A stretch of DNA of 64,000 bases from Eledone cirrhosa (taxonomy: Eukaryota): NCBI GenBank assembly GCA_964016885.1, contig OZ024756.1:35278001-35342000 (forward strand), given 5' to 3'. Each line of letters begins with the position of its first letter. Positions within the stretch are counted from its first letter, which is position 1. The notes under the pieces are model-generated. The model was not told the origin of the DNA. It worked only from the letters and a program-made list of their open reading frames with translations, and ran no database searches. Position numbers and translations under genes: made by a program. This document shows, in pieces, positions 24,945 to 38,110 of the stretch.

Positions 24945-25130
24945 ACATACCCTACACCTCGAGCTCTCAAGAGAAGGTCTGCCATCAAATATGGAGTCGG
25001 TGGTCTGCTGTTGCTCTTGATCATTTTCATTATTTGGTTCCCACTGGTGCTATTTTCCTTTGCCAATACTGTTTATGAAGTGAATCCTCCCATCACATGT
25101 ACTGTAAAGATTTCCATGGGTGGTTATCAA
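24945..25130 (+). CDS. Piezo: Piezo exon (outer helix: TYPTPRALKRRSAIKYGVGGLLLLLIIFIIWFPLVLFSFANTV…GGYQ)
   Basis: ttccag| acceptor, CAA|gtaagt donor; KYG.GG…IIWFPL motif. Confidence 0.97.
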
Positions 25131-25313
25131 GTAAGTAGTCTATCCTTTTTTCTCTCTATCTTTTTACTTTCTTCCCTCTAAATTCTCATTTCTTCCTATA
25201 CTTAACTCCTATCATTCCACATGAAGCCACATTAGTAAGACTTGAAAAGTGTAGAACTGCACTATAACTGCATCACTTTAAACATTGTCTTTACTCTAAT
25301 GCTGTGCTCTAGT

Positions 25314-25358
<45 letters not shown>

Positions 25359-25512
25359 TAAGAGAGTTTGAAAAGTAAAATATAAATATGTAATGTGAAC
25401 ACAGTAGATTTGAGTGTTATATGAAAGTGTGAAATGTAAACTTTAGGTATGTAATGTGGACATGATATATGAGTATTGTATGGTATAACATTGCAAAATG
25501 TTAGTAAAAATA

Positions 25513-25930
25513 TCATTACATTGGTGTTATTACATCTGTGTATGTCTGTTATTACATCTTTTATTACATCTGTGTATATCTGTTATTACATCTGTGTATG
25601 TCTGTTATTACATCTGTGTATATGTTATTACATCTGTGTGTGTCTGTTATTACATCTGTGTATGTCTGTTATTACATCTGTGTATGTCTGTTATTACATC
25701 TGTATGTCTGTTATTACATCTGTATGTCTGTTATTACATCTGTATGTCTGTTATTACATCTGTATGTTTGTGTAATGATACATATCTGTATGTTTGTGTA
25801 ATGATACATATCTGTATGTTTGTGTTATGATACATATCTGTATGTTTGTTTGTGTTATTACATCTATAAGTATGTCTCTATTATTACATTTGTGTATATG
25901 TCCATATTATATCTATATGTCTGTATTATT
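25513..25930. repeat. Short tandem repeat (TGTTATTACATCTGTGTATGTC) abutting an exon acceptor
   Basis: Direct reading. Confidence 0.9.
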
Positions 25931-25934
25931 ACAG

Positions 25935-26024
25935 CCCCTATTTAAAATGACAGCACAGCAAGGAGATATCACGATGTTAAATAAAAAATTATATGATTCA
26001 CTACTACATCATTATGATTCACCT
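25935..26024 (+). CDS. Piezo: Piezo exon (cap: PLFKMTAQQGDITMLNKKLYDSLLHHYDSP)
   Basis: ttacag| acceptor, CCT|gtaagt donor; GYQ|PLF.M.AQQ motif. Confidence 0.93.
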
Positions 26025-26053
26025 GTAAGTTGTAATATCTCATTTTCTTGTCT

Positions 26054-26288
26054 TTAACCCTTTAGTTACCAACCTGGCTAAAACCAGCTCTGGTTCTATG
26101 AAATAAAACCACCCATTTTAAATGTTTCCAATTTAAATAAAAATCTTCCAACATAATTTTATATAGGAACCTTACATTATCATCTTAGTAATGAAATAAT
26201 TAATAATTGTAGTAAATTTTTCAAAATTCTTCATTGATTAATTGAAATAGGGTGTATTTAATTAGAAATGTTGTTATGAAAGGGTTAA
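26054..26288 (+). mobile_element. Second TTAA-flanked MITE family (relative at 43361-43575)
   Basis: ttaa|CCCTTTAGTTACC … GTTATGAAAGGG|ttaa. Confidence 0.6.
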
Positions 26289-26371
26289 TTCATCTTCTTA
26301 ATTCACAAATTCCCTGTATTATTTCTTTCATTATTATTATTATTATAACTTTCTTTCTTACATTCATGTAG

Positions 26372-26550
26372 TCTAGTAAGAAAGGTGTCAGTTTTATAAC
26401 CAGCTTCGATCCAGAAGATATTTCTATAATCACAATCAATGGAGAATCAACATCTGTTTGGGGGATAAGTCCACCAAGTCAGAGGAAACTTATCCGTGAT
26501 CTAAGAGCAGTCAAACATATGAGTTTGGACTTTTATGTTTCATTTACAAG
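26372..26550 (+). CDS. Piezo: Piezo exon (cap: SSKKGVSFITSFDPEDI…STSVWGISPPSQRKL…FTR)
   Basis: atgtag| acceptor, AG|gtaact donor; W.ISPPS cap motif. Confidence 0.93.
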
Positions 26551-26841
26551 GTAACTAAGTTTTGTTTCATATTTTCACATTTTCACATGATAAAATACAT
26601 CATGAAGGTTGAGTGGGGTACCTCTAAGATCAGAACTGCAAGACATTTAACAGTTATTTTCCTGTCTAATTTATTTAGTGCTGGGGAGTTAACCCTCTGG
26701 ATTCAGATTCCTTGCCATGTGTGTGGTACCTAGGTGTTTTTGCTAAAAAATCCTAGATAAAAACCATGGCAATGTCTTATTTTCAGAGTTAATGAATTAA
26801 GTAGCAGTCCATACATGGATGGTTAGTGGTCTTTTTATAGA

Positions 26842-27068
26842 TTAACCCTTCAGCATTTAAACCAGCCATATCCGGCCAGAATTTTCTCATCTATTTCTGT
26901 TCAAACTGGCCATAACCAGCCACTCATACCAATGTTATGGCATTATTTTCAAAATAAATAACATCAAAATCTCATAGATTTGATGTTATGTGAGATAATT
27001 ATGAGATAAAACCTTTACCATGAAAATATAATCGTAAATATAGAGGAATGTAAATGCTAAAGGGTTAA
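26842..27068 (+). mobile_element. piggyBac-like MITE, same family as 11083
   Basis: ttaa|CCCTTCAGCATT … AATGCTAAAGGG|ttaa. Confidence 0.8.
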
Positions 27069-27266
27069 CCAAAAGAATTTATAACTGTTCCTAGCCTGGT
27101 TTCTACAGCTGGATACACTTCCTAACACCAACCACATATACAGTGGACTGTGTGCTTTTTATTGTGGAATCAAAATGACCATCTGACAGACTGGACTGTC
27201 TCCCCTCATTTCTTCATCATTTCTGTTTTTTTCTTCTCATTCCTTTTGTCATTATATAACAAAACA

Positions 27267-28266
27267 GGGCGGTGGATTGGCAGTATCAGTAGAGGGTCGG
27301 ACGCCATGTTAGGGCGGTGGATTGGCAGTATCAGTAGAGGGTCGGACGCCATGTAAGGGTGGTGGATTGGCAGTATCAGTAGAGGATCAGACGCCATGTA
27401 AGGGTGGTGGATTGGCAGTATCAGTAGAGGATCGGACGCCATGTAAGGGTGGTGGATTGGCAGTATCAGTAGAGGGTCGGACGCCATGTAAGGGTGGTGG
27501 ATTGGCAGTATCAGTAGAGGGTCGGACGCCATGTTAGGGCGGTGGATTGGCAGTATCAGTAGAGGGTCGGACGCCATGTAAGGGTGGTGGATTGGCAGTA
27601 TCAGTAGAGGATCAGACGCCATGTAAGGGTGGTGGATTGGCAGTATCAGTAGAGGATCGGACGCCATGTAAGGGTGGTGGATTGGCAGTATCAGTAGAGG
27701 GTCGGACGCCATGTTAGGGCGGTGGATTGGCAGTATCAGTAGAGGGTCGGACGCCATGTAAGGGTGGTGGATTGGCAGTATCAGTAGAGGATCAGACGCC
27801 ATGTAAGGGTGGTGGATTGGCAGTATCAGTAGAGGATCGGACGCCATGTAAGGGTGGTGGATTGGCAGTATCAGTAGAGGGTCGGACGCCATGTTAGGGC
27901 GGTGGATTGGCAGTATCAGTAGAGGGTCGGACGCCATGTAAGGGTGGTGGATTGGCAGTATCAGTAGAGGATCAGACGCCATGTAAGGGTGGTGGATTGG
28001 CAGTATCAGTAGAGGATCGGACGCCATGTAAGGGTGGTGGATTGGCAGTATCAGTAGAGGATCGGACGCCATGTAAGGGTGGTGGATTGGCAGTATCAGT
28101 AGAGGGTCGGACGCCATGTTTTGCAGCATAGTTACAGCCCTTTATGGTCTGAGTACTAATCCCGCTGAGGTTAACTTTGCCTTTTATCCTTACGGGGCCG
28201 ATAAAATAAAGTACCAGTGATACATTGGGATAAGTGCTGGCCTTGTGCCAAATGTAGAAACAATTG
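27267..28266 (+). repeat. 45-bp tandem array of a SINE 5' head (about 19 units) ending in a complete SINE body
   Basis: Unit GGGTGGTGGATTGGCAGTATCAGTAGAGGGTCGGACGCCATGTAA equals the SINE head at 160-200; SINE core follows at 28119-28266. Confidence 0.93.
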
Positions 28267-28308
28267 TATTAACACATCTCTCTTGTCTGTTTATTTTGTT
28301 GTATCCAG

Positions 28309-28431
28309 GGGTAAGAGATCTCCACAGGCACCCGAAAGCTTCTCTAAACAATTTCAAGTTGTAATCACCAGTAACACAGCAAGAAAACTAGCAGATGTCA
28401 TTAGTCGTGGAAACTCCTCCGGTCAGTCAGT
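28309..28431 (+). CDS. Piezo: Piezo exon (cap: GKRSPQAPESFSKQFQVVITSNTARKLADVISRGNSSGQSV)
   Basis: atccag| acceptor, GT|gtaagt donor; phase 2-2 in frame. Confidence 0.85.
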
Positions 28432-28476
28432 GTAAGTAGTTTCAGGTACAAATCACTTGAGGATGTCTCAATGAGG

Positions 28477-28524
<48 letters not shown>

Positions 28525-28672
28525 CTATCTATCTATTTACCTACCTACTTCTCTCTCTCTCGCTCTCTCTCTCTCTGTGACATGTCTAAAATGTTTCCAA
28601 GTACAATATTATTGGCAGGAACTTCTTATTGTCATCTATTGTTGATGTTGTTGTTACATTGCATAACATTGT

Positions 28673-29177
28673 CATGTAATGGCAGCCACCTACCTTCTGT
28701 CGTGTAATGGCAGCCACCTACCTTCAGTCGTGTAATGGCAGCCACCTACCTTCTGTCATGTAATGGCAGCCACCTACCTTCAGTCATGTAATGGCAGCCA
28801 CCTACCTTCAGTCATGTAATGGCAGCCACCTACCTTCTGTCGTGTAATGGCAGCCACCTACCTTCTGTCGTGTAATGGCAGCCACCTACCTTCTGTCGTG
28901 TAATGGCAGCCACCTACCTTCTGTCGTGTAATGGCAGCCACCTACCTTCAGTCATGTAATGGCAGCCACCTACCTTCTGTCATGTAATGGCAGCCACCTA
29001 CCTTCAGTCATGTAATGGCAGCCACCTACCTTCTGTCGTGTAATGGCAGCCACCTACCTTCTGTCGTGTAATGGCAGCCACCTACCTTCTGTCGTGTAAT
29101 GGCAGCCACCTACCTTCTGTCATGTAATGGCAGCCACCTACCTTCTGTCATGTAATGGCAGCCACCTACCTTCAGTC
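28673..29177. repeat. 28-bp minisatellite
   Basis: Unit TGTAATGGCAGCCACCTACCTTCTGTCG. Confidence 0.95.
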
Positions 29178-30310
29178 TGTCTGAGGGATTGCATCAGATC
29201 TGTCAGTGATTAATACATTCCTAGCACCACCCATTCTATACTGCCAGCCATCAGTCCCTTCCCCACAGATCTTGAGAGAGAGATTGTGTGGGAGGGAGAG
29301 AGATTGGGTGAGGGCAGAAGAGGGAGAGATTGTGTGAGGAAGAGAGAGAGCGGAGGGAAGAAGAGAGAATAAAGATGTAACAGAATGATAAACAGTATTG
29401 CAAATTTGTTGTTGGTGTTAATGGCTGTGATGGTGGTAGTGGTGGTGGTGAAGGGGGTGGTGGTGATGGTGAAGGGGATGGTGGTGGAGGGGGCGGGGAT
29501 GGTGAAAGGGGATGGTGGTGATGGTAGTGGCGGTGGTGGTGGTGGTGGTGGTAGTCGTGGTGGTGATGATGATGATGGTGGTGGTGGCAGCTGTAGTAGC
29601 AGTAGTGGTGGTAGTAGTAACAAACTGACAAGCTTTATGAACGAAAATCTTTAAAGAGATTTTCTTCAGAAGGAAGGGGAGGAGGAGAAGTAGAGGAAGA
29701 AAGAGAATGTGAAGGAGCCATAAGAAAGTAAATCTTTAAGTCTGTCAGTCAGCTTTAGAAATTTCCCCATTAGTGTGTGTGTGTGTGTATAAATGTGTCT
29801 GTATATGTGTGCTTGTACGTGTTTGTGTTTGTACATGTGTGTGTATGTTTGTGTGTCTGTGTACATGTTTGTGTTTGTACGTGTGTGTGTGTGTGTTTGT
29901 ATGTGTGTGTATGTGTGTGGAATTAATAAAGACAGTTTTGTCAGATATTTGCTTACCATTCCATAGCAAGAAGCAGCCTGGATTTGAAGAGCTTAGCTGA
30001 TTCCTGATGAAAATCTTCAAATTCCACCATGAACTACTTTGAAACTCTACTAATAACCACTTCCAAACTCCACCTTAAACCACTTCGATGTCACTGTCGC
30101 TCTCAATGAGAGAGCCTCCCAGAAAAATCACTGGATTCTATATTTCTTATTTTAGTCTTTTTTTTGGTCAAAAGTTATGGCAGCTGGTAGTTTTAGTTGT
30201 TGAAGGAATGAGAATTTGTTGGGAAACACTTTTGTGATTTTGAGTTGAAATAGTAGTTCACTGATTGAATATCAGGTTTTTTCCCCTGTTTCCCTGTGCA
30301 AGTGATATAT

Positions 30311-30354
<44 letters not shown>

Positions 30355-30365
30355 ATATATATAAT

Positions 30366-30397
<32 letters not shown>

Positions 30398-30555
30398 ATA
30401 TATATATATATATAATATATATATATATATAATATATATATATTTTTATAGTATGGTTGCTTGGATGCATCCATAGGCGGTATGCCGGTTGAGCACTCTA
30501 TGCTCCTTCGGAGCAGAGTATGATAATAGAAGAGGATTTGCTTCGAAATCACTAG

Positions 30556-30648
30556 ACATATCTGAGGAACTTGTGAATCCAGAGTCAGGTTCGATCCACA
30601 AACAGATCGCACCTCGAGCTGTTCGCCGAAGAAACATTTGTAATACGT
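30556..30648 (+). ncRNA. Hammerhead-like motif, paralog of 20522
   Basis: ACATAT-CTGAGGA-[about 60 nt]-GAAAC-attt-GTA-ATACGT; shares CCAGAGTCAGGTTCGATC…CCTCGAGCTG. Confidence 0.35.
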
Positions 30649-30691
30649 AATAAATTTGTGTTCCGGTGCATCACTGATTCTTCGTTTTCCA

Positions 30692-30733
<42 letters not shown>

Positions 30734-31083
30734 AGCAAATATTACACCAAGAAAAATATAGACTTTGGGGAGAAAGGAGTGTTGGAATTTATTGGCTTTA
30801 ACATGTTTCTGTGTCTATTATAATAGTCTACATATGCTGACTACAGTATATATTGTTCAATCATATGAAATACTTAATTATTTATCACACGTCTGATATG
30901 GACCAAGAATGCAGAGATCTGGAACAAATACAAATGTATTTAATCTGACACTCTAAAAACTCTGCCAATTGTCCATCTAAAACAAGGAAAAAAAACAGAC
31001 AAAAGTAGAAAATGAGAAAAGAAACCTTCCTTATATGGATATCTAAAGGGTTAAATGTCTCAATCTCTGTTTTTTAATTTCAG

Positions 31084-31160
31084 CCCCATATCAAATCTTC
31101 TCTTCCCATTTATGAGGCTACAGAACAGTGGTAAAGTCGGGGTTATAAAAGCATTAACTC
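31084..31160 (+). CDS. Piezo: Piezo exon (cap: PISNLLFPFMRLQNSGKVGVIKALT)
   Basis: tttcag| acceptor, C|gtaagt donor; phase 2 to 1. Confidence 0.85.
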
Positions 31161-31664
31161 GTAAGTTATACCTTCTATTATTGTCTGCTTCTTTGGGATT
31201 TCATAACTTAACCCTTTTCATACCAAATCGCTCAAGGTTTTACAATACAAAACTGATTTTTAAAAAGTGTTTATATTTACCTAAAAACCCTTCCTTCATA
31301 ATTTTATATGAGAACCCTTGTTGAATTATACTCCACGGCTGGATGCATTTCCTAACACCAACCACATTTACAGTGTGTGCTGGGTGCTTTATGCCATGTC
31401 TCCTACATGACCACTTTACAGTGCGGACTGGGTGCTTTTTGTGTCTCCTACATGATCACATTACAGTGTGGACTGGGTGCTTTTTGTCGTGTCTCCTATA
31501 CTCCTATACAACCACTTTACAGTGTGGACTGGGTTCTTTTTGCTGTGTCCCCTTCACGACCACTTTATAGTGTGAGCTGGGTGCTTTTTGTATAATAGTT
31601 GAAGATATTGATTGGTGAGTGCAAGAATTTCTTGACTCTCTAGAAACTTCCGTTATTATTGCAG

Positions 31665-31866
31665 CGGCAACACCAGATATCTTACTCGGATTCCGATCTG
31701 GGAATACCAGCAGTGCAAGTGGCCGAGTGGATTGGTGGTATGTCTCTGAAGAATATGAGAAAGAAATCTGGAATCCATACCCTGCCTCGAATTCTAGTGA
31801 ATTAACATTGGTCACATTCAATGACCGTATAGCACCAGCCAGTTTCTCTTTTATTACTGGTTATGG
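31665..31866 (+). CDS. Piezo: Last shared Piezo exon (cap end: …VDWWYVSEE…LTLVTFNDRIAPASFSFITGYG)
   Basis: ttgcag| acceptor (alternative in-frame AG at 31643), GG|gtacgt donor, phase 2; F.D…P..F..GYG precedes the inner helix. Confidence 0.93.
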
Positions 31867-31992
31867 GTACGTATATACTTCCTACTTTATATTTTCATCA
31901 ATGTTGTTGTTGTTGTTGTTGTTGTTTATATTTATTTCAGGTTATATATATTGTTTTCTTAGTTTTCTGTATTTCTCTCCTCTATATCATAT

Positions 31993-33130
31993 TATCCCAG
32001 ATACCCTCCAGTTGTCCCAGATACCCTCCAGTTGTCCCAGATACCCTAGTGTTGTCCCAGATACCCTAGTGTTGTCCCAGATACCCTAGTGTTATCCCAG
32101 ATACCCTCCTGTTTTCCCAGATACCCTCCTGTTTTCCCAGATACCCTAATGTTGTCCCAGATACCCTAATGTTGTCCCAGATACCCTAATGTTGTCCCAG
32201 ATACCCTAATGTTGTCCCAGATACCCTAATGTTGTCCCAGATACCCTAGTGTTGTCCCAGATACCCTAGTGTTGTCCCAGATACCCTAGTGTTGTCCCAG
32301 ATACCCTAGTGTTGTCCCAGATACCCTAGTGTTGTCCCAGATACCCTAGTGTTGTCCCAGATACCCTAGTGTTGTCCCAGATACACTCCTGTTGTCCCAG
32401 ATACACTCCTGTTGTCCCAGATACCCTCCTGTTGTCCCAGATACTCTAGTGTTGTCCCAGATACTCTAGTGTTGTCCCAGATACTCTAGTGTTGTCCCTG
32501 TACCCTAGTGTTGTCTCAGATACCCTAGTGTTGTCCCTGTACCTTAGTGTTGTCCCTGTACCTTAGTGTTGTCCCTGTACCTTAGTGCTGTCCCTGTACC
32601 CTCTTGTTGTCCAAGATACGCTAGTGTTGTCCCAGATACCCTAGTGTTGTCCCAGATACCCTAGTGTTGTCCCAGATACCCTAGTGTTGTCCCAGATACC
32701 CTAGTGTTGTCCCAGATACTCTAGTGTTGTCCCAGATATTCTAGTGTTGTCCCAGATACTCTAGTGTTGTCCCTGTACCCTAGTGTTGTCCTTATACCCT
32801 AGTGTTGTCCTTATACCCTAGTGTTGTCCCAGATACCCTCCTGTTGTCCCTGGTACCCTTGTTTTCCACATGGCCATGTACAGTCTACATGGCCATGTAC
32901 AGTCCACATGTCCAATGTACTGTCTACATGTCCAATACACTGTCTACATGTCCAATGTGCTGTCTACATGTCCAATGTGCTGTCTACATGTCCAATGTGC
33001 TGTCTACATGTCCAATGTGCTGTCTACATGTCCAATGTACTGTCTACATGTCCAATGTGCTATCTACATGTCCAATGTGCTGTCCATATGTCCAATGTGC
33101 TGTCCACATGGCCATGCACTGTCCACATGG
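31993..33130. repeat. Two 20-bp minisatellites (ATACCCTAGTGTTGTCCCAG; TGTCTACATGTCCAATGTGC)
   Basis: Direct reading; begins about 130 nt after the last shared donor. Confidence 0.95.
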
Positions 33131-34274
33131 CTTGTACACCCAAATATCCTTCCATTTCCTTCTGTTATTGCCTCAAAGTTGTTTCTGTTTCAGTAACTTC
33201 TTAATTAGCCAATCACCAGTTTGTACCAGTAATATACTGAGGAAAATTTAATGGCTTTAAGCTCCCTCCTCATTCTTATACATTTGTTTTTGTGTTCAGT
33301 GAAAGTGTTATTGTGAGATGCAACGGTTGTCTTTTTAAACTTGTGGAGTCCTGGTTCATATCCCACTCTAGATATAGCATCATATCCTTAGGCAAGACAT
33401 TCCACTCTATTTATCTGGTTAAAAAAGTCTTGTTGTTGCATGACATATTTCTATGATGTTCTTTTATTCACCAAAACATTTAACATAATTCTTTTTTGTT
33501 TTTATTGCCTATTTTTATAAATTTTATTTAAATTTATTAATATTTTTAAATATATTTTTTATATTTTGTCTTTATTATTTTTGTTGTTGTTGTTGTTGTT
33601 TTGGATTTGTTAATTTTTATTTGATGTTTATTGTTGTTATATTTGTAACACCTGCCTGGCTTTCTGTAAGGTGGAAGGGTACATTTGTAACACCCTGCTA
33701 GCTTTCCGTTAGGTAGAAGGTAATGTTTGTAACACCAGCATGACTGTCTGTAAGGTGTGACTGCAATGGTAGATTAAATATATAATACAGGTATGACTTT
33801 GATTGTCCAGCAGCTGATGGTCTGGTTCCTGTGTATATTTGAACATAATTATGAATGAACACTTGGATTTCCCACAACTCCTCAAAGTATTTGAGTCCTG
33901 TTTGGGTGGTGAGGGAAACATGTGGGACTCAACTAAATTTTAAACATTTACACTGTACCAGTAATACACTGGGATAATTGCTGGCCTTGTGCCAAAAGTA
34001 GAAACAATTATTATTATTAGAGAAGTGGTTTGGCAGAATCAGTAGATCATCGACCAACATGCTTTGTAGCGTATAGTTACGGTCCTTTATGTTCTGAGGT
34101 TAGCTCTGCCTTCCATCCTTACGGGGGTTGATGAAATAAAGTACCAGTAACACACTGGGGTCGATTTAATCATTTTACATAAGAACCTTTAAGTTATGTT
34201 TCTAAACACCAGCTTACAAAATGATTTGACAACCTTAGACTGACTTTCATTATAAATATCGTAACAAAAGGGTT

Positions 34275-35890
34275 GTATTTTCATAGTAAAGGCTTTATCT
34301 TACATAATTATCTCGCATAACATTTACATTGCTCTATATATACTATTGTATTTTCATAGTAAAGGCTTTATCTTACATAATTATCTCACATAACATTTAC
34401 ATTGCTCTATATATACTATTGTATTTTCATAGTAAAGGCTTTATCTTACATAATTATCTCACATAACATTTACATTGCTCTATATATACTATTGTATTTT
34501 CATAGTAAAGGCTTTATCTTACATAATTATCTCACATAACATTTACATTGCTCTATATATACTATTGTATTTTCATAGTAAAGGCTTTATCTTACATAAT
34601 TATCTCACATAACATTTACATTGCTCTATATATACTATTGTATTTTCATAGTAAAGGCTTTATCTTACATAATTATCTCACATAACATTTACATTGCTCT
34701 ATATATACTATTGTATTTTCATAGTAAAGGCTTTACCTTACATAATTATCTCACATAACATTTACATTGCTCTATATATACTATTGTATTTTCACAGTAA
34801 AGGCTTTACCTTACATAAATATCTCACATAATATCGAATCTACGAGATTTTAATGTTATTTATTTTGAGAACAATACCTTAATGTAGGTGTGAGTGGCCA
34901 GTTACAGCTGGTTTGAACAGAAAGAGGTGAGAGAATTCTGGCCGGATACGACCGGTTTGAACAGAAAGAAGTGCAAGTGTTCTAGCCGGATATGGCCGGT
35001 TTGGAGGTGGAAGAGTTCTAGCCGGATACGGCCGGTTTGAACAGAAAGAGGTGGAAGAGTTCTAGCCGGATACGGCCGGTTTGAACAGAAAGAGGTGGAA
35101 GTGTTCTAGCCAGATACGGCCGGTTTGAACAGAAAGAGGTGGAAGTGTTCTAGCCAGATACGGCCGGTTTGAACAGAAAGAGGTGGAAGTGTTCTAGCCA
35201 GATACGGCCGGTTTGAACAGAAAGAGGTGGAAGTGTTCTAGCCAGATACGGCCGGTTTGAACAGAAAGAGGTGGAAGTGTTCTAGCCAGATACAACCGGT
35301 TTGAACAGAAAGAGGTGGAAGTGTTCTAGCCAGATATGGCCGGTTTGAACAGAAAGAGGTGGAAGTGTTCTAGCCAGATACGGCCGGTTTGAACAGAAAG
35401 AGGTGGAAGTGTTCTAGCCAGATACGGCCGGTTTGAACAGAAAGAGGTGGAAGTGTTCTAGCCAGATACGGCCGGTTTGAACAGAAAGAGGTGGAAGTGT
35501 TCTAGCCAGATACGGCCGGTTTGAATAGAAAGAGGTGGAAGTGTTCTAGCCAGATACGGCCGGTTTGAACAGAAAGAGGTGGAAGTGTTCTAGCCAGATA
35601 CGGACGGTTTGAACAGAAAGAGGTGGAAGTGTTCTAGCCAGATACGGACGGTTTGAACAGAAAGAGGTGGAAGTGTTCTAGCCAGATACGGACGGTTTGA
35701 ACAGAAAGAGGTGGAAGTGTTCTAGCCAGATACGGACGGTTTGAACAGAAAGAGGTGGAAGTGTTCTAGCCAGATACGGACGGTTTGAACAGAAAGAGGT
35801 GGAAGTGTTCTAGCCAGATACGGACGGTTTGAACAGAAAGAGGTGGAAGTGTTCTAGCCAGATACAACCGGTTTAAATGCTAAAGGGTTA
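34275..35890 (-). mobile_element. Antisense piggyBac-like MITE expanded by internal 73-bp (34275-34830) and 44-bp (34915-35875) tandem arrays
   Basis: Both units are reverse complements of MITE 11083/26842 segments; ends TTTAAATGCTAAAGGG|ttaa. Confidence 0.85.
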
Positions 35891-36212
35891 AAGTGTTCAG
35901 TTTTGTGTTGTGATTATTTTATTTATTATTTTTATGCAATGTTCAGTCAATATATTTAGTTTTTGCTCATTTGATGTTTGTTATAATTTTTATTTATCCT
36001 CCTCCTCTGCATGTCATGGAGATATTAAGGTACTTGTTTATTGTTAATGTTTTTTTTTTTGTTTTTATATTTTATTTTTTCATTCCCTTTGGGTTAATTC
36101 TCAATGTCTATATCTCTCATGCACTCTTCTTTCCTTTTATCCTTCTTCATGGGTTCCCTCTCTCTATTTATCTCACCTTCTCTCTCTCTCTCCTCTCTTT
36201 CTCTCTCTCTCA

Positions 36213-36246
<34 letters not shown>

Positions 36247-36334
36247 CTCTCTCTCTCTCTTTTTGGCTCACTTCTGAGGGTGCTTCAGATAGATGGGTTT
36301 TGTTTAAGTACTTCACAGGTTGAGGCTGTGTGGT

Positions 36335-36775
36335 TGGGTAGATTGTAATATTGGCAGTATCGGTAGAGCATCGGACTACATGCTTTGCGGCATAGAGTTA
36401 CGGCTCTTTACATTCTGAGTTCAAATCCCACCGAGGTTAACTTTGCCTTTCATCCTTACGAGGTCGATAAAATAAAGTACCAGTAATGCACTGGGGGTAA
36501 TTGCTGGCCTTGTGCCAAAAGTAGAAACATTATCATTATTATTATTATTATTATTATTATTAAATTGGCAGTATTGGTAGGGCGTCGGACAACATGCTTT
36601 ACAGTATAATGTTGCGGCCCATTACATTCTGAGTTCAAATCCCGCTGAGGTTAACTTTGTCTTTCATCCTTACGGGGTCGATAAAATAAAGTACCAGTAA
36701 TGCACTGGGGTTGATTTAATTGACTTCCCTCCCCCCAAATTGCTGGCCTTGTGTCTTTAGTAGAAATCATTATTA
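36335..36775 (+). mobile_element. Two head-to-tail Nin/Deu-core SINE copies separated by (ATT)n
   Basis: Two full cores. Confidence 0.8.
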
Positions 36776-37347
36776 TTATTATTATATATAGATCTCAACA
36801 AAAGTGTGAGGGTAGTTTGATGTTTTCTCTTACTGTAAACTACCTACATGATAGCCCCCACACATACACCCATGACCACCCACACAGACTACTGCTACTT
36901 CTGCTGAGATGATGATGATTGTAGTAGTGGTCTTTTTATATCTGAAGTCTACTTATAGATATTACACTTTCTAGTTTGGGGGACCTTTTCTCTCACTGCA
37001 TGCTGGTCTAAATTTGACCCCCTCTACACGACCCTTCCACTGCATGGTGGTCTAAACCTTACCCCCCCCCCTACCTCTCTTCAATCTCCCTCTCTTCACT
37101 CTCCCATTCTATGCTGGTCTAAACTTGCCCCCCTTCTCACTTCACTCTCTCATAGCATGTTGGTCTAAACTTCATCCCCCATTGTATGCTGGTCTTAACT
37201 TGACCCCCTACTCTCTGTATTCCCTTCTTTTCTGTCTGTGGTCAACCACCGGATATTTTGTTGTTGCTATGCCTAGTTTAACTCAAAGAAGATATTTGAG
37301 GCAATGTTTTATGGTCAGAATCCCTTCCTGGTGCCAACCCCTTTGGT

Positions 37348-38110
37348 CACACACAAATGCAGTGAGCCTATTCTATACCAGATATACTCAGATACACACA
37401 AATGCAGTGAGCCTATTCTATACCAGATATACTCAGATACACACAAATGCAGTGAGCCTATTCTATACCAGATATACTCAGATACACACAGATGCAGTGA
37501 GCCTATTCTATACCAGATATACAGATACACACAGATGCAGTGAGCCTATTCTATACCAGATATACTCAGATACACACAGATGCAGTGAGCCTATTCTATA
37601 CCAGATATACTCAGATACACACAGATGCAGTGAGCCTATTCTATACCAGATATACTCAGATACACACAAATGCAGTGAGCCTATTCTATACCAGATATAC
37701 TCAGATACACACAGATGCAGTGAGCCTATTCTATACCAGATATACAGATACACACAGATGCAGTGAGCCTATTCTATACCAGATATACTCAGATACACAC
37801 AGATGCAGTGAGCCTATTCTATACCAGATATACTCAGATACACACAGATGCAGTGAGCCTATTCTATACCAGATATACTCAGATACACACAGATGCAGTG
37901 AGCCTATTCTATACCAGATATACTCAGATACACACAGATGCAGTGAGCCTATTCTATACCAGATATACTCAGATACACACAGATGCAGTGAGCCTATTCT
38001 ATACCAGATATACTCAGATACACACAGATGCAGTGAGCCTATTCTATACCAGATATACTCAGATACACACAGATGCAGTGAGCCTATTCTATACCAGATA
38101 TACAGATACA
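37348..38110. repeat. 45-bp minisatellite
   Basis: Unit CACACAGATGCAGTGAGCCTATTCTATACCAGATATACTCAGATA. Confidence 0.95.
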
